Shown piece after piece: positions 39,292 through 51,117 of a DNA stretch of 64,000 nucleotides. Below the pieces are notes generated by a model. It saw only the letters and a program-made list of their open reading frames with translations. It was not told where the DNA came from and did no database searches. The position numbers were made by a program, and so were the translations under genes. The number at the start of each line of letters is the position of its first letter. The stretch's first letter is position 1. This stretch comes from Methanotrichaceae archaeon (GTDB lineage: Archaea; Halobacteriota; Methanosarcinia; Methanotrichales; Methanotrichaceae): positions 33,195-97,194 of the forward strand of contig CAVVKN010000013.1 in assembly GCA_963748825.1 (NCBI GenBank), read 5' to 3'.

Positions 39292-40687
39292 ATGAGTGAA
39301 GACAATTTTGAGAATCTAGAGAATCCCAAAGACAACATCCTTGACACGGCCCGGAAGATCATCCGCCTGGGGCCTATCTGCGACAGTTGCCTGGGCCGCC
39401 AGTTCGCCATGCTATCCACAGGCCTTGCCAACGCCGAGCGCGGACGCTCTCTCAAGACGGTCCTGGCCATGCAGGCCTCCGCAGACGAGGATAACGCCCT
39501 GCAAGAAGAGCTGGCGCCATCCTTCCGATCGGCGCGCCTCAAGCTGGGCCGCAAGAATGAGGAGGATGCCCGCTGCACGGTCTGCCTGGGTGATATGGCC
39601 CCCCCAAAGCTGGACGCCTGGGCGGACAAAGCGGCCGCCGCTCATCGCAGGCCGGGAGATTGAAACTCTGGTCGTGGGCACAAAGATGTCCGGCCTTTTG
39701 GCCGAGAACGAGGAGCTGCTGCTGGCGGACGGCGGCTCCACCCACGCCGAACCCTTCAAGTCGGAGCTGAATCGCGAGGTTGGAAAGAGGCTTTCTGCCC
39801 TGACAGGGAAGACGGTTGATTTGAAGAACCCGGATGTGGTAGTTCACCTCAATTTGGAAAAGGGCGAGGTGGAGCTGCAGATCGCGTCCCTCTTCATTCG
39901 CGGGCGCTACCGAAAGCTTGTGCGCGGCATTCCCCAGACTCGCTGGCCCTGTCGCGAGTGTCGCGGCCGCGGCTGCCCCCGCTGCGAGGGCACGGGCAAA
40001 ATGTACCCGGAGTCCGTAGATGAGTTGATCCGCCCAGCAGTGATGGAGGCGGCCGTCGCCGAAGACACCGTCTTTCACGGTGCAGGTCGCGAGGACATCG
40101 ACGCCCGCATGATTGGCACTGGCCGCCCCTTCATTGTCGAGGCGGTGCGCCCACTCATCAGGACAATCGATCTGGCCAAGCTGGAAGAGGAGATCAACCG
40201 ACGCGCTGCAGGCAAAGTAGAGGTCCTGGGCCTCGCCAAGGCATATTCCGCTATGGTGGAGAAGCTCAAAGAGGCCACATTTGAGAAGACCTACACCGCC
40301 CTGGTTAGGCTGGGAGCGGAGGTTTCAGAAGAAAAGCTTAAATCCGTCCTGAAGGAATTAGAAGGGCCGATCGATCAGCGTACGCCAACCCGCGTGTCTC
40401 ACCGAAGGGCAGATAAAGTCAGGGTGAGAAAAGTTCATAGCGCTGATCTACTAGAGGTTACGGGCAACTTGGCCCGCATAAATATTAGAGGCGACAGCGG
40501 TCTGTATATCAAGGAGCTGATCTCCGGAGACGGAGGCAGAACCCGCCCGAACCTCGCAGAAATCCTTAAAGTCGACGCAATCGTCGAAGAATTAGATGTA
40601 ATAGATGTAGGTGGAGAATCAGATGGCACATCATCACGGAATGCGGAAGAAGTCAAGAGACAAGCTGAGCAGGACAGTCAGGGCTAG
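39292..40687 (+). CDS. pus10: tRNA pseudouridine(54/55) synthase Pus10 (one-base frameshift near 39640)
   Basis: ICDSCLGRQF and CTVCLG in the first frame. FKSELNREVGK, GRYRKLVRGIPQT, HGAGREDIDARM, QRTPTRV and GLYIKELISGD in the second frame. Confidence 0.88.
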
Positions 40688-40913
40688 GGGCAAATCCTCC
40701 GTAGTCAAGGCGATTCAGGAGTTCGATGCGGGCGCAAAGGTCCATGTGATCATCGATCCGAGCATACACAAGGGCATGCCTCATCCCAGGTTCCACGGAA
40801 AGACGGGCGAGGTTATAGGAAAGAGAGGTAGAGCCTTCGTCCTGAAGGTCACAGATGGCGACGCCACCAAGACCTTGATCACATTACCAGAACATTTGAT
40901 GGCACAGAAATAG
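40623..40913 (+). CDS. rpl21e: 50S ribosomal protein L21e
   Basis: G.RKKSR, IDPSIHKGMPHPRFHGKTG, PEHL. GGTGGAG SD. Confidence 0.95.
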   Translation: MAHHHGMRKKSRDKLSRTVRARGKSSVVKAIQEFDAGAKVHVIIDPSIHKGMPHPRFHGKTGEVIGKRGRAFVLKVTDGDATKTLITLPEHLMAQK

Positions 40914-41258
40914 ATGATTGTCAAGAGCGTATTGCAGGAGGACATCCTGACCATGGCGGAGGTCAGGGAGATCCTCGACCAGATCCGGCTGAAGCGAGCC
41001 GATGAAGAGGAACTGGGATACGAACTGCGCCGGGCCATCAGACATGCAGAGCTCTTTAGCAAGGGCACGGCAGAAGAAAGCCTGGCAATGGTAGCAGAGC
41101 TCATGAAGCTGGAAAAGATGAACAAGGTAATTGCCGTAAAGATCGCTGATGTCAGACCCGTCACGAAGGATGAGCTGAGGGCGATTTATGCCAAAGAACG
41201 GTTCACTTTAAGCGAAGAAGAGCTCAACAGTATTTTAGAGATCGTATTCAGGGGGTAA
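40914..41258 (+). CDS. rpoF: DNA-directed RNA polymerase subunit F (Rpo4)
   Basis: LGYELRRA, AVKIADVRP, ELRAIYAKER. Canonical pus10-L21e-rpoF-DUF655-ksgA order. Confidence 0.9.
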   Translation: MIVKSVLQEDILTMAEVREILDQIRLKRADEEELGYELRRAIRHAELFSKGTAEESLAMVAELMKLEKMNKVIAVKIADVRPVTKDELRAIYAKERFTLSEEELNSILEIVFRG

Positions 41259-41264
41259 AGGCAC

Positions 41265-41847
41265 ATGCCTGAGGGGAGACCGCCGAAGAGAGAAGAGGTA
41301 GCTAGGATTCTCGATTACCTCCCCTATGGACGTACTCCTGACTCCAGGAGCTACCAAAAACAACCTCTTGTCCAGGCCGTGGGAGAAGCCAACTTCGTTC
41401 TCATGGAGATGACTCCCAAAGGAGGGCGTAGTTCCAACGGCCGGAACTCGAGTCTACATAGGCAGCGGTAGTCGTGATGTCATAGATCACGTCAACCGCA
41501 GAATCGACTATTTGGAGCTGTCCAACAACGCCAAGCTTGAGCTCTCTTACCAGATTCCGAGCATAATCCTGGACAACGAGGCGCGGTTCATTCGCTATTT
41601 TAACGAGGCCGGACCCATCACCACGCGCATGCACGCTTTGGAGCTCCTACCCGGAATAGGCAAAAAGCTGATGTGGGCAGTGCTCAATGAACGCAAGAAG
41701 GGACTTTTCAAGAGCTTTGTCGATCTGACGGAGAGGGTGAAGGGGCTGCACAATCCCGAGAAGATCATCTACAAGCGCGTCGAGGACGAACTGATGGATG
41801 ACCGGATCAAGTACCGCGTTTTTACCACGTTGCCCCGCATGAGATGA
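41265..41847 (+). CDS. DUF655 putative RNA-binding protein (one-base frameshift near 41420)
   Basis: REEVARILDYLPYG..QAVGE in frame 1. EGVVPTAGTRVYIG..FIRYFNEAGPITTRMHALELLPGIGKK in frame 2. Confidence 0.82.
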
Positions 41848-42587
41848 AGCTGGGGCAGCATTTTCTTATGGATCGCGGTGCGACTATGCGCATCGCGGAC
41901 TATGCTGAACTTAAGCCAGAGGACAATGTGCTGGAGATTGGACCAGGTACGGGAAATCTCACCGAAGCGCTGGCCTCTCGCGCCGGCCATGTTTATGCGG
42001 TGGAGATAGATCCCGATCTGGCCGCGCAGCTCTCCGGTCGATTTTCCAATGTTCAAGTGATAAAGGGCGATGCTCTGAAGGTTGAGCTTCCCCATTACAA
42101 TAAGATCGTCTCCAACCTTCCCTATCAGATCTCGTCCAGGATCACTTATCGCCTTCTCTCCCGGCCATTTGAGACGGCAGTTTTGATGTATCAGTGGGAA
42201 TTCGCCCAGCGTTTGGCGGCAGCCGCGGGCAGCGAGGAGTACGGCCGTCTGGCCATGGTGGTGGGCTTCTTCTGCCGGATCGAGATTTTAGAGAAGGTCT
42301 CCAAGATGGCCTTCCGACCTGTACCCCAGGTTGACTCGGCCATCGTTCGGTTGCAGCCACGATTGGATCGTCCTGAGGCGGACCCGGCAGATTTTATGAG
42401 GCTGGTGGAGGGGCTCTTCAACAATAGACGCAAAAAAGTAAAGAAGGGTCTTGCGGCCTTGGGAGCTAGCCCGCGGGCAATAGCAGAGCTGGACGCTGCC
42501 CTTTTGGAGAGAAGGCCAGAGGACCTGTCACCAGATGAGGCGGCGAGCCTTGTTGCGGCCATATCCAGAAAATCCAGTTCATTATAG
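41844..42587 (+). CDS. rsmA: 16S rRNA dimethyladenosine transferase
   Basis: LGQHFL, VLEIGPGTG, VSNLPYQISS, YGRL, F.PVPQVDS. Confidence 0.93.
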   Translation: MKLGQHFLMDRGATMRIADYAELKPEDNVLEIGPGTGNLTEALASRAGHVYAVEIDPDLAAQLSGRFSNVQVIKGDALKVELPHYNKIVSNLPYQISSRITYRLLSRPFETAVLMYQWEFAQRLAAAAGSEEYGRLAMVVGFFCRIEILEKVSKMAFRPVPQVDSAIVRLQPRLDRPEADPADFMRLVEGLFNNRRKKVKKGLAALGASPRAIAELDAALLERRPEDLSPDEAASLVAAISRKSSSL

Positions 42588-42648
42588 CAGATCAAGAATG
42601 CTTCAGAAAATTTCAGAAAAACTAAGCGATGGGGAAGGTTGATCTCTC

Positions 42649-43818
42649 TTGTCCGATCCTAAAACGAGCAAGAATATACTATTATTAGGATTTGTAAGCC
42701 TTCTAAACGACATCAGCAGCGAGATCATTCAGCCCGTTCTGCCCATCTTTATCGCTTCTCTCGGAGGCGGCAGCCTGGCCGTGGGCCTCATCGGCGGCAT
42801 AAGCGACGGCCTGCCAAGCCTGCTCAAGGTCCTGGCAGGATGCTGGTCCGACCGGCTGGGCAAAAGAAAGCCTCTGGTGGTGGCGGGCTATGCCCTTTCT
42901 GCGGTGGGCAAGCTCTTTTTGCCCGCTGCCACTACTTGGCAGCATGTCTTCCTGCTCAAGACTCTGGAGAGAAGCGGCAAAGGGGTGCGCTCCGCACCCA
43001 GAGACGCCATGATCTCCGAGTCCACAGACAAGAGCAACCGGGGAAGGGGCTTTGGGCTGCATAGAGCCATGGACTCCACGGGCGCTGTCATCGGCTCGAT
43101 CCTGGCCTATCTTCTCTGGCAGAACGGCATGAGCTACAGCTCCATATTCATGGTGGCGGGAGTCTTGTCTTTGGTGGCTCTGCTTCCCTTCTACAAGGTA
43201 TTGGAAAGCTTCAGGGCTCCGAACTGCGAAGTCAGACTAAAGCTCTCAGGTCTCTCCCCAGAGCTTCGTCGCTTCCTTGTCATTGCCAGTCTTTTCGCGT
43301 TAGGCAACTTCAGCTACATGTTCTTCATCCTGCGTGCCCAGGGGCTTTTTTCCGGGGCAGAGGCTGTGGCCGCGCCTCTGCTGCTTTATGCTCTCTTCAA
43401 CCTTGTCTACGCCATCATGGCCATGCCAATTGGCATTTGGTCGGACCGGGTGGGAAGAAAAAGGGTTCTGGCCCTGGGCTACGCCCTCTTCGCCCTGACC
43501 GCCCTGGGATTTGCCTTTGTCTCCAATTTAGCAGGCCTGATAGTCCTCTTCGCCCTCTACGGGCTGGTCTACGCACTGGTGGACGGCTCAGAGAGGGCGT
43601 ATGTATCCGACCTGTCCCCCGGCAGCCTGCGCGGCAGCTCTCTGGGACTCTATTATGGAGCCATTGGTGTGGCGGCCATTATTTCCAGCCTGGCAGCCGG
43701 AGCCCTCTGGGCCTGGTGGGGAGCAGAGGCGACATTCATCTTCGGGGCGGGAGCGGCGGCTCTGGCGGTTGTGGGGCTGCTTGGGATGAAAAATCCAGAA
43801 GTTATGGCAATGTCTTAA
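42649..43818 (+). CDS. MFS transporter
   Basis: SLLNDISSE, WSDRLGKRK, GKGVRSAPRDA, FGLHRAMD, about 12 TMs. Confidence 0.9.
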   Translation: MSDPKTSKNILLLGFVSLLNDISSEIIQPVLPIFIASLGGGSLAVGLIGGISDGLPSLLKVLAGCWSDRLGKRKPLVVAGYALSAVGKLFLPAATTWQHVFLLKTLERSGKGVRSAPRDAMISESTDKSNRGRGFGLHRAMDSTGAVIGSILAYLLWQNGMSYSSIFMVAGVLSLVALLPFYKVLESFRAPNCEVRLKLSGLSPELRRFLVIASLFALGNFSYMFFILRAQGLFSGAEAVAAPLLLYALFNLVYAIMAMPIGIWSDRVGRKRVLALGYALFALTALGFAFVSNLAGLIVLFALYGLVYALVDGSERAYVSDLSPGSLRGSSLGLYYGAIGVAAIISSLAAGALWAWWGAEATFIFGAGAAALAVVGLLGMKNPEVMAMS

Positions 43819-43844
43819 ATAAATGCGAAGCATAAGTATTAATT

Positions 43845-44099
43845 ATGTCTATGGAAGATACGCAGAAGCGACTGAAGGAACTGCTTTCCAAGGGTGCTTC
43901 TCAGGAAGAGATGCTAAGAAAGCTTAGTCTAGCAGAAGGGTGCGGGATCAAAGTTTTCTGCGAGGAGCAGATCGTCGCCGGCACAGAAAAGAAGATACAC
44001 CGCTGGTGCGGCTATATCACCCACTGCGATGACCCTGCCGAGAGCATACCGGAGACCGTCTACGGTGCCTGGGTGGATGGAGGATGCCCGGGAAAGTAG
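43845..44099 (+). CDS. Small Cys-rich hypothetical protein
   Basis: 84-aa ORF with 5 Cys and an AT-rich promoter-like region upstream. Confidence 0.5.
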   Translation: MSMEDTQKRLKELLSKGASQEEMLRKLSLAEGCGIKVFCEEQIVAGTEKKIHRWCGYITHCDDPAESIPETVYGAWVDGGCPGK

Positions 44100-44275
44100 G
44101 GATGCTGACAAGCCTAAGACAGATACTATGAAATGGCGCTTGAGGTCTCAAGAGGAATTAAAGAGCTTCAGGCCATGCTTGAAGAGATGAAATCCCAGCG
44201 TTTCTGATCTCATGATTGGATATTGGCAAACTGCTTGCATTGTTGCGCTGTTTAGCATTTGTCCATCTGTCCATC

Positions 44276-44875
44276 TCAATCGGCTTTTTTCCCCGACAGT
44301 TTTTTCCCGATAATGCTTCGAAGTGGCTGGATCTGGCCGCGCTTTGCGCTCATGGGTGCGATCCTATCTGTCCACTGCGTCCAGGGAGGCATCATTCCCA
44401 GCCGCTCGCAGATAAGATCCAGTGCTCCATCCACATCCGCCTTGGCAATGCGATCCATCTTATTCGCTGCCAGAACCACATCCAGACCCATATCGACTAA
44501 AAACTCCCAGAGCTCGATCTCAAAAGGCACCTCACCCCGCCCCTCCCAGCGATCGGCAATATCCAGGAAGGAGGCGGCGTCGATCACCTGTATGGCCATG
44601 ATGATCTCCTCTGCATTCTGCTCGAAGTACTGCACAATCAAGTCCTTGGTCTTCTCCTGATCTGCCCGGGAAGCTTTGAGCATGAAGCCGTATCCAGGCA
44701 TATCCACATAAAAGATGTCCCCTACCTTTGCCTTGAAGGGCCACTTAGTGATTCCGGGTCGTTTTCCCACTCTGACCTTAGTTCCTGTAAGCTCCCAAAA
44801 GAGGGTGGATTTGCCGACATTGGACCTGCCGATAAGGACGATCTCCCTGGACATAATTATCATAGGGAAGGGCAA
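44276..44875 (-). CDS. engB: GTP-binding protein EngB
   Basis: GRSNVGKS, PGIT, DMPGYG, NKMD, SAK. Confidence 0.9.
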   Translation of the reverse strand: MPFPMIIMSREIVLIGRSNVGKSTLFWELTGTKVRVGKRPGITKWPFKAKVGDIFYVDMPGYGFMLKASRADQEKTKDLIVQYFEQNAEEIIMAIQVIDAASFLDIADRWEGRGEVPFEIELWEFLVDMGLDVVLAANKMDRIAKADVDGALDLICERLGMMPPWTQWTDRIAPMSAKRGQIQPLRSIIGKKLSGKKAD

Positions 44876-44912
44876 GATTGAAAAGGATGCCTATGCAACG
44901 ATGAGGACATAA

Positions 44913-45500
44913 ATGACGAAATTGGAGAGAGATCCGAAAAATGTCGCTTTGCAGCTCCTCTCTGCCACATCCTTGCCGGACGGGCAGGTCTTTCTGGACC
45001 TGGACGCACCCCGCTACACTACTGTCGATTACTATCGCATGGCCTGCCACATGATCTTTGAGTGCCAGAGGTGCGGAAACTGCTGCACTACGGGCGACCC
45101 GATTAGACTGCGACAGGAGGATGCTGCAGCCATAGCAAAGAGCCTTAAGATCCCCCTCAACAAGGCTCTTAAGAAGTACACTATTCAGGATCCGGAAAAA
45201 GCGGGAGTACTGAACTTCAAGCATATCCTGCCCTGCAAATTTTACGATATATCAGCGAAGGGCTGCAAGATTTATGCCGCCCGGCCCTGGTCCTGCCGCA
45301 TCTTTCCCTTCCTGGGAATTTATGGATCGGAGGATAGAATCTTGGTGAACCAATCCTGCCTGGGATCGGTCGAGACCATGAAGATCCTGAAAGAGGCAAT
45401 AGAAGCAGTCAGGGCAGACCCGAAGATGTCTTATACTGCCGATCCTGCAGAAGTAAGAAGAGCAAAAGTGTTTTTGAGAGATGCATTGAATTCGATTTAA
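44913..45500 (+). CDS. YkgJ family cysteine-cluster protein
   Basis: FECQRCGNCC..PCKFY..CKIYAARPWSCRIFPF..C. Confidence 0.85.
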   Translation: MTKLERDPKNVALQLLSATSLPDGQVFLDLDAPRYTTVDYYRMACHMIFECQRCGNCCTTGDPIRLRQEDAAAIAKSLKIPLNKALKKYTIQDPEKAGVLNFKHILPCKFYDISAKGCKIYAARPWSCRIFPFLGIYGSEDRILVNQSCLGSVETMKILKEAIEAVRADPKMSYTADPAEVRRAKVFLRDALNSI

Positions 45501-45504
45501 TAAT

Positions 45505-45544
45505 CTATTCATCGTCTTATGGCGATATGTTTATATTCGAATAA
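45505..45544 (+). promoter_or_regulatory. Candidate ArsR operator/promoter
   Basis: Imperfect inverted repeat ATCGTC-TTAT-GGCGAT, then TTTATAT and the palindrome TATTCGAATA just upstream of arsR. Confidence 0.4.
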
Positions 45545-45563
45545 GCGTTTAACCTGTTTTATC

Positions 45564-45908
45564 ATGACTCAAAAATCCGTCTCGGACTTGCGCGTTAAGA
45601 TCCTCAGCGCCTTATCCGATCCCACCCGGCTTGAGCTGCTGGAATATTTATCCGGAGGCGAGCGCTGCGTCTGCGAGATCCTCCCTGCTTTCCAGAGATC
45701 CCAATCCACCATATCCAAGCATCTGAATATCCTCTACGAAGCCGATATTCTGGAACGTAAGGTAGACGGCAAAAGGACAGTCTACCGCATAAAAAACCCT
45801 CAGGTATTCGAAATAATTCGCATGGTAGATTCCCTGGCCCTAACGCAAATATCACAGCTTACTGAGGTGGGAAGAATTATAGAGATATCATTGAACAATA
45901 GGAGCTGA
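45564..45908 (+). CDS. ArsR/SmtB family metalloregulator
   Basis: ALSDPTRL, ERCVCEI (CxC), SQSTISKHL. Confidence 0.9.
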   Translation: MTQKSVSDLRVKILSALSDPTRLELLEYLSGGERCVCEILPAFQRSQSTISKHLNILYEADILERKVDGKRTVYRIKNPQVFEIIRMVDSLALTQISQLTEVGRIIEISLNNRS

Positions 45909-45930
45909 TCTCACGGTTACTTACACGATT

Positions 45931-46992
45931 ATGGCGGCCCTGCAAGCGGGTCTGCAAACATTGCTGGAATATTTATCAGCCCACGTTTTAACCTGTCTGG
46001 TACCAGCATTTTTCATTGCCGGAGCCATCGCCGCACTCCTGCACAAGGAGACGGTGCTCAAATACTTTGGAGCTGATGCCCCCAAGTGGTTATGCTACAG
46101 CGTAGCGGCCACTTCAGGCACGATTCTAGCCGTGTGCAGCTGCACTATCCTGCCCATGTTTGCGGGAATCCAAAAAAGAGGTGCCGGAATCGGCCCGGCC
46201 ACGGCTTTTCTCTTCTCGGGTCCTGCCATCAACCTCATGGCCATCATCCTCACGGCGCGGGTCCTAGGCCTTGATCTGGGCATAGCCAGAGCAGTAGCTG
46301 CAGTCAGCATGGCTGTCGTCATCGGCCTGATCATGGCAGCCATATTCCAGAAATCTGAAAAGAAATGTGAATCTGCACCTGTAGCAGCCGTCCAGATCGA
46401 TTCGGACACTGCGTCGAAGAGCCGTCCTGGCTATATCACAGGCTTATTCATGGCCGTCCTGGTGGCCATATTGCTGGTGGCCACCTCCAGCCTCTTCGAA
46501 TTGCTGCCCAAAGCAATAATCGTAGGAGTACTGGCACTAACGGCCGTCTTCCTGATGAAGACCTACTACCTGCCCGACGAGCGGGAGGCATTCCTCTCCG
46601 AGACCTGGTGGCTCACTAAGAAGATCTTTCCCCTGTTAGTAGTAGGCACATTTATCACCGGCATTATCGGCTACTTTTTGCCTGTGGAGTGGGTCCGAAC
46701 CATCTTCGGCACGAGCAGCTTTTTGGCCTGCTTCTTAGCCTCGATTATCGGATCTCTGCTCTACATGCCCACATTGCTGGAAGTCCCAATTGTCGGCACG
46801 CTCTTCGGCTACAGTACAGGAATCACTGCCGCAGGCCCAGCGCTATCGCTCCTCCTGGCCGGTCCTACTTTAAGCCTGCCCAGCATGATAGTGATCACAA
46901 GGGTAATGGGCCTGAAGAAGAGCAGCGTCTACATTGTTCTCGTTGTCGTGATATCGACGCTGGCAGGCATGATCTATGGAGCAATTGTATAG
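45931..46992 (+). CDS. ArsP/DUF318 family permease
   Basis: CLVPAFFIAG, LAVCSCTILP, FLFSGPAIN, YMPTLLEVP, LLAGPTLSLP. Confidence 0.85.
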   Translation: MAALQAGLQTLLEYLSAHVLTCLVPAFFIAGAIAALLHKETVLKYFGADAPKWLCYSVAATSGTILAVCSCTILPMFAGIQKRGAGIGPATAFLFSGPAINLMAIILTARVLGLDLGIARAVAAVSMAVVIGLIMAAIFQKSEKKCESAPVAAVQIDSDTASKSRPGYITGLFMAVLVAILLVATSSLFELLPKAIIVGVLALTAVFLMKTYYLPDEREAFLSETWWLTKKIFPLLVVGTFITGIIGYFLPVEWVRTIFGTSSFLACFLASIIGSLLYMPTLLEVPIVGTLFGYSTGITAAGPALSLLLAGPTLSLPSMIVITRVMGLKKSSVYIVLVVVISTLAGMIYGAIV

Positions 46993-47088
46993 ATAGAGCG
47001 AATGCATAGAAATAGTGAAGAGCAAGTACTATGCAATAGATGAAAAAGAGTAGATGAACAATATTAATAAAAATCTGGGTGATGAAAA

Positions 47089-47325
47089 ATGGTGAAGATC
47101 GAAGTCTTAGGAACAGGCTGCGCCAAATGCAAGAGCCTGCTCAAGAGCGTGGAGAAGGCTGTCGCAGAATCGGGAATTCAGGCCGAAATTGTCAAGGTGG
47201 ACAGCATCCAGGAGATCATGGACCGAGGAGTGATGATGACCCCCGCCCTGTACATCGATGGAAAGTCCGTGATGATGGGCAGGACTGCTACCGTGGAAGA
47301 GATCAAGAGAATGCTCACGAAATAA
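47089..47325 (+). CDS. Small thioredoxin-like redox-active disulfide protein
   Basis: IEVLGTGCAKC, GVMMTPAL.IDG. Confidence 0.88.
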   Translation: MVKIEVLGTGCAKCKSLLKSVEKAVAESGIQAEIVKVDSIQEIMDRGVMMTPALYIDGKSVMMGRTATVEEIKRMLTK

Positions 47326-47336
47326 GAAGGCAATTC

Positions 47337-47774
47337 ATGGAAGAGAAGAAGTGTATGTGCGGATGCTCGGATGTGCGCGTTGTAGCCTGCTCTGGAGCCT
47401 CAAATGTGGGACAGATCGCAAACCAGGCGGCAATTCAGCTGGCAAAAGAGAAGGTGGCCGGATTCTTCTGCCTGGCGGGAGTGGGCGGTCATATCAAAGG
47501 AATGATCAAATCGGCAAAGGAAGCCGATCTGATGGTAGCCATAGACGGCTGTCCGGTGCAGTGCGCTGCCAAAACTATGCAGCATGCCGAGATCGAACCT
47601 GCCATACAGATAATTGTAACGGAATTGGGAATTGAAAAAACCCATGATATCACAGTTGATGCAAAAGATTGCTCGATGGTTGTTGAAAAGGTCAAAGAGG
47701 AGATGGGCTACAAGCGGCCTGAACCTAACTCATGCTTGAATCGTGGTGAGAAGGTATATGATTACACTGAGTAG
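47337..47774 (+). CDS. DGC-domain putative zinc-binding protein
   Basis: ACSGASNVGQ, CLAGVG, AIDGCPVQCA. Confidence 0.85.
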   Translation: MEEKKCMCGCSDVRVVACSGASNVGQIANQAAIQLAKEKVAGFFCLAGVGGHIKGMIKSAKEADLMVAIDGCPVQCAAKTMQHAEIEPAIQIIVTELGIEKTHDITVDAKDCSMVVEKVKEEMGYKRPEPNSCLNRGEKVYDYTE

Positions 47775-49119
47775 GCCGTCAAATAATTCATATCCCTGCA
47801 CAGGTGGGCGCAGGGGATTCACCATAGCGAAGACGGTGCTCATTTACGGGATTATTTCCATCCTTCTGTATGGCCTGGTCTTAAGCATGCCCGTCCTGGC
47901 GGGCACAGAAACGAGCAGGTTTGCGAAGGCGCTTGTCTCCCCTGAGAATGTCTCCCCTCAAGACATTGTGCTCGACATCAGCCCCAGCGCGACCAGATAC
48001 ATGGAAGGTGCAGTCAATATCAACTATGAGGGCTTCTTAGGCGAAAGCGGTCAGCTCAAGTCCGTGTCGGAGATAGCCACGTTGCTTGGCGAAGCAGGCA
48101 TATCAAGTAACGATTCGCTGGTGATAGCAGGCGAGTGCCTTCCCTGTGGTGGCGGACCATCCCCGGCTATCTTCTCCTACTGGATGCTTAAGTATCTGGG
48201 GCATGAAAAAGTAAGAGTTCTGGACGGCAGCATGGATGACTGGGCAGCAGCCGGGCGAAATACCAGCAATAAGTCTGCCACAAGACCGAAGACTGAATAT
48301 GTTCCGCAGATTAGGCCTGAGCTTCTCGCGACCTATGAATTTGTCGTTACCGGCGGGGCCCAGATCGTGGATGCCAGGTCTGCCAGGGACTATGGCATGG
48401 GCTCGATTCCTGGCGCCGTAAACATTCCATACGACAATGTGATGGTAAATGAGAGTATAAAGCCACAGGAGGACCTGCAGAAGATCTTTGCTAAGCTGGA
48501 GAAGGATCGGCCTGTCGTAGTCTACACCAACGTAGGCGTCGAGGCCTCCCTGGTCTGGTTAGCGCTGAATCTCTCCGGCTACGATGCCAGGCTCTATTCC
48601 TGGCGTGACTGGCTGGAAAACCAGCCTAAGTTCAACTTTCAGCTGACTGATGTTGAAGCCAAGCCCAACCCCGTAAGGTCTGGCTCGACTACGACCATAA
48701 CGGCGTCTTTCCAGGAGCTGCAGATAAAAGAGACAAAGGCTGCGGAGAATTCATCGCCAAACGACGAGGTCAAGCTCACAATCAAGGGGTGCTCCACCTG
48801 TGGATTTGAAGGATTCTCTCTAGGCGCTACGGGAGGGAACAAATCTGGGATACTCCAGTTGGGTTCCTCAGGCAAGACATCGCAGTCCAGCACCGCTGTG
48901 AAGACTGCGGATAGCGCGCTGCGTTGCACAGTCATCGTAAATGGCCCCGACGGCTCCGAGGCTGCTAGGACAAGCCTCTTGCGTACCTCTGGATACAAAT
49001 ATGCAGGGATCTGGAATGCCAATGTGGCCCCTGGGGTTTACAAAGTGAGCATAGCGGCCACTGCTTCTGGCAGCGCAAAGACCTTTGCAGATGTCCTTGA
49101 GATAGAAGTAACCGGATAG
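47743..49119 (+). CDS. Tandem rhodanese-domain protein with a signal-like segment and C-terminal beta domain; catalytic Cys absent
   Basis: LGHEKVRVLDGS, IVDARS, IPGAVNIP, VVYTNVGVEAS. The start codon is uncertain. Confidence 0.75.
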   Translation: MVRRYMITLSRPSNNSYPCTGGRRGFTIAKTVLIYGIISILLYGLVLSMPVLAGTETSRFAKALVSPENVSPQDIVLDISPSATRYMEGAVNINYEGFLGESGQLKSVSEIATLLGEAGISSNDSLVIAGECLPCGGGPSPAIFSYWMLKYLGHEKVRVLDGSMDDWAAAGRNTSNKSATRPKTEYVPQIRPELLATYEFVVTGGAQIVDARSARDYGMGSIPGAVNIPYDNVMVNESIKPQEDLQKIFAKLEKDRPVVVYTNVGVEASLVWLALNLSGYDARLYSWRDWLENQPKFNFQLTDVEAKPNPVRSGSTTTITASFQELQIKETKAAENSSPNDEVKLTIKGCSTCGFEGFSLGATGGNKSGILQLGSSGKTSQSSTAVKTADSALRCTVIVNGPDGSEAARTSLLRTSGYKYAGIWNANVAPGVYKVSIAATASGSAKTFADVLEIEVTG

Positions 49120-49305
49120 GGCCAGATGGCCTCACCGGTCTTTTTTCTAGATCAATTTAAGGCCATTTTCACGTAACGCGGGCCTTTTTCTGATGGAAGG
49201 GGCGTTCTGATTCTGATCGACCAAGAGGTCTTGGGTGAAGGACAGCATGGCTACATGCTAAGATTTGCCGTCATTCTTTTTGCTGCTCACCAGTCCGGGT
49301 AGTAA

Positions 49306-51083
<1,778 letters not shown>

Positions 51084-51098
<15 letters not shown>

Positions 51099-51115
51099 AT
51101 TTGAGAAGATGTGAA
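51084..51115. repeat. Perfect 16-bp tandem duplication TTTGAGAAGATGTGAA x2 spanning the atpC stop
   Basis: 51084-51099 and 51100-51115. Confidence 0.8.
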
Positions 51116-51117
51116 TA

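Noticed and set aside
47079-47336. N-terminal extension of the DGC protein
   Set aside because: This region is occupied by the thioredoxin-like gene in another frame. The DGC protein starts at ATG 47337.
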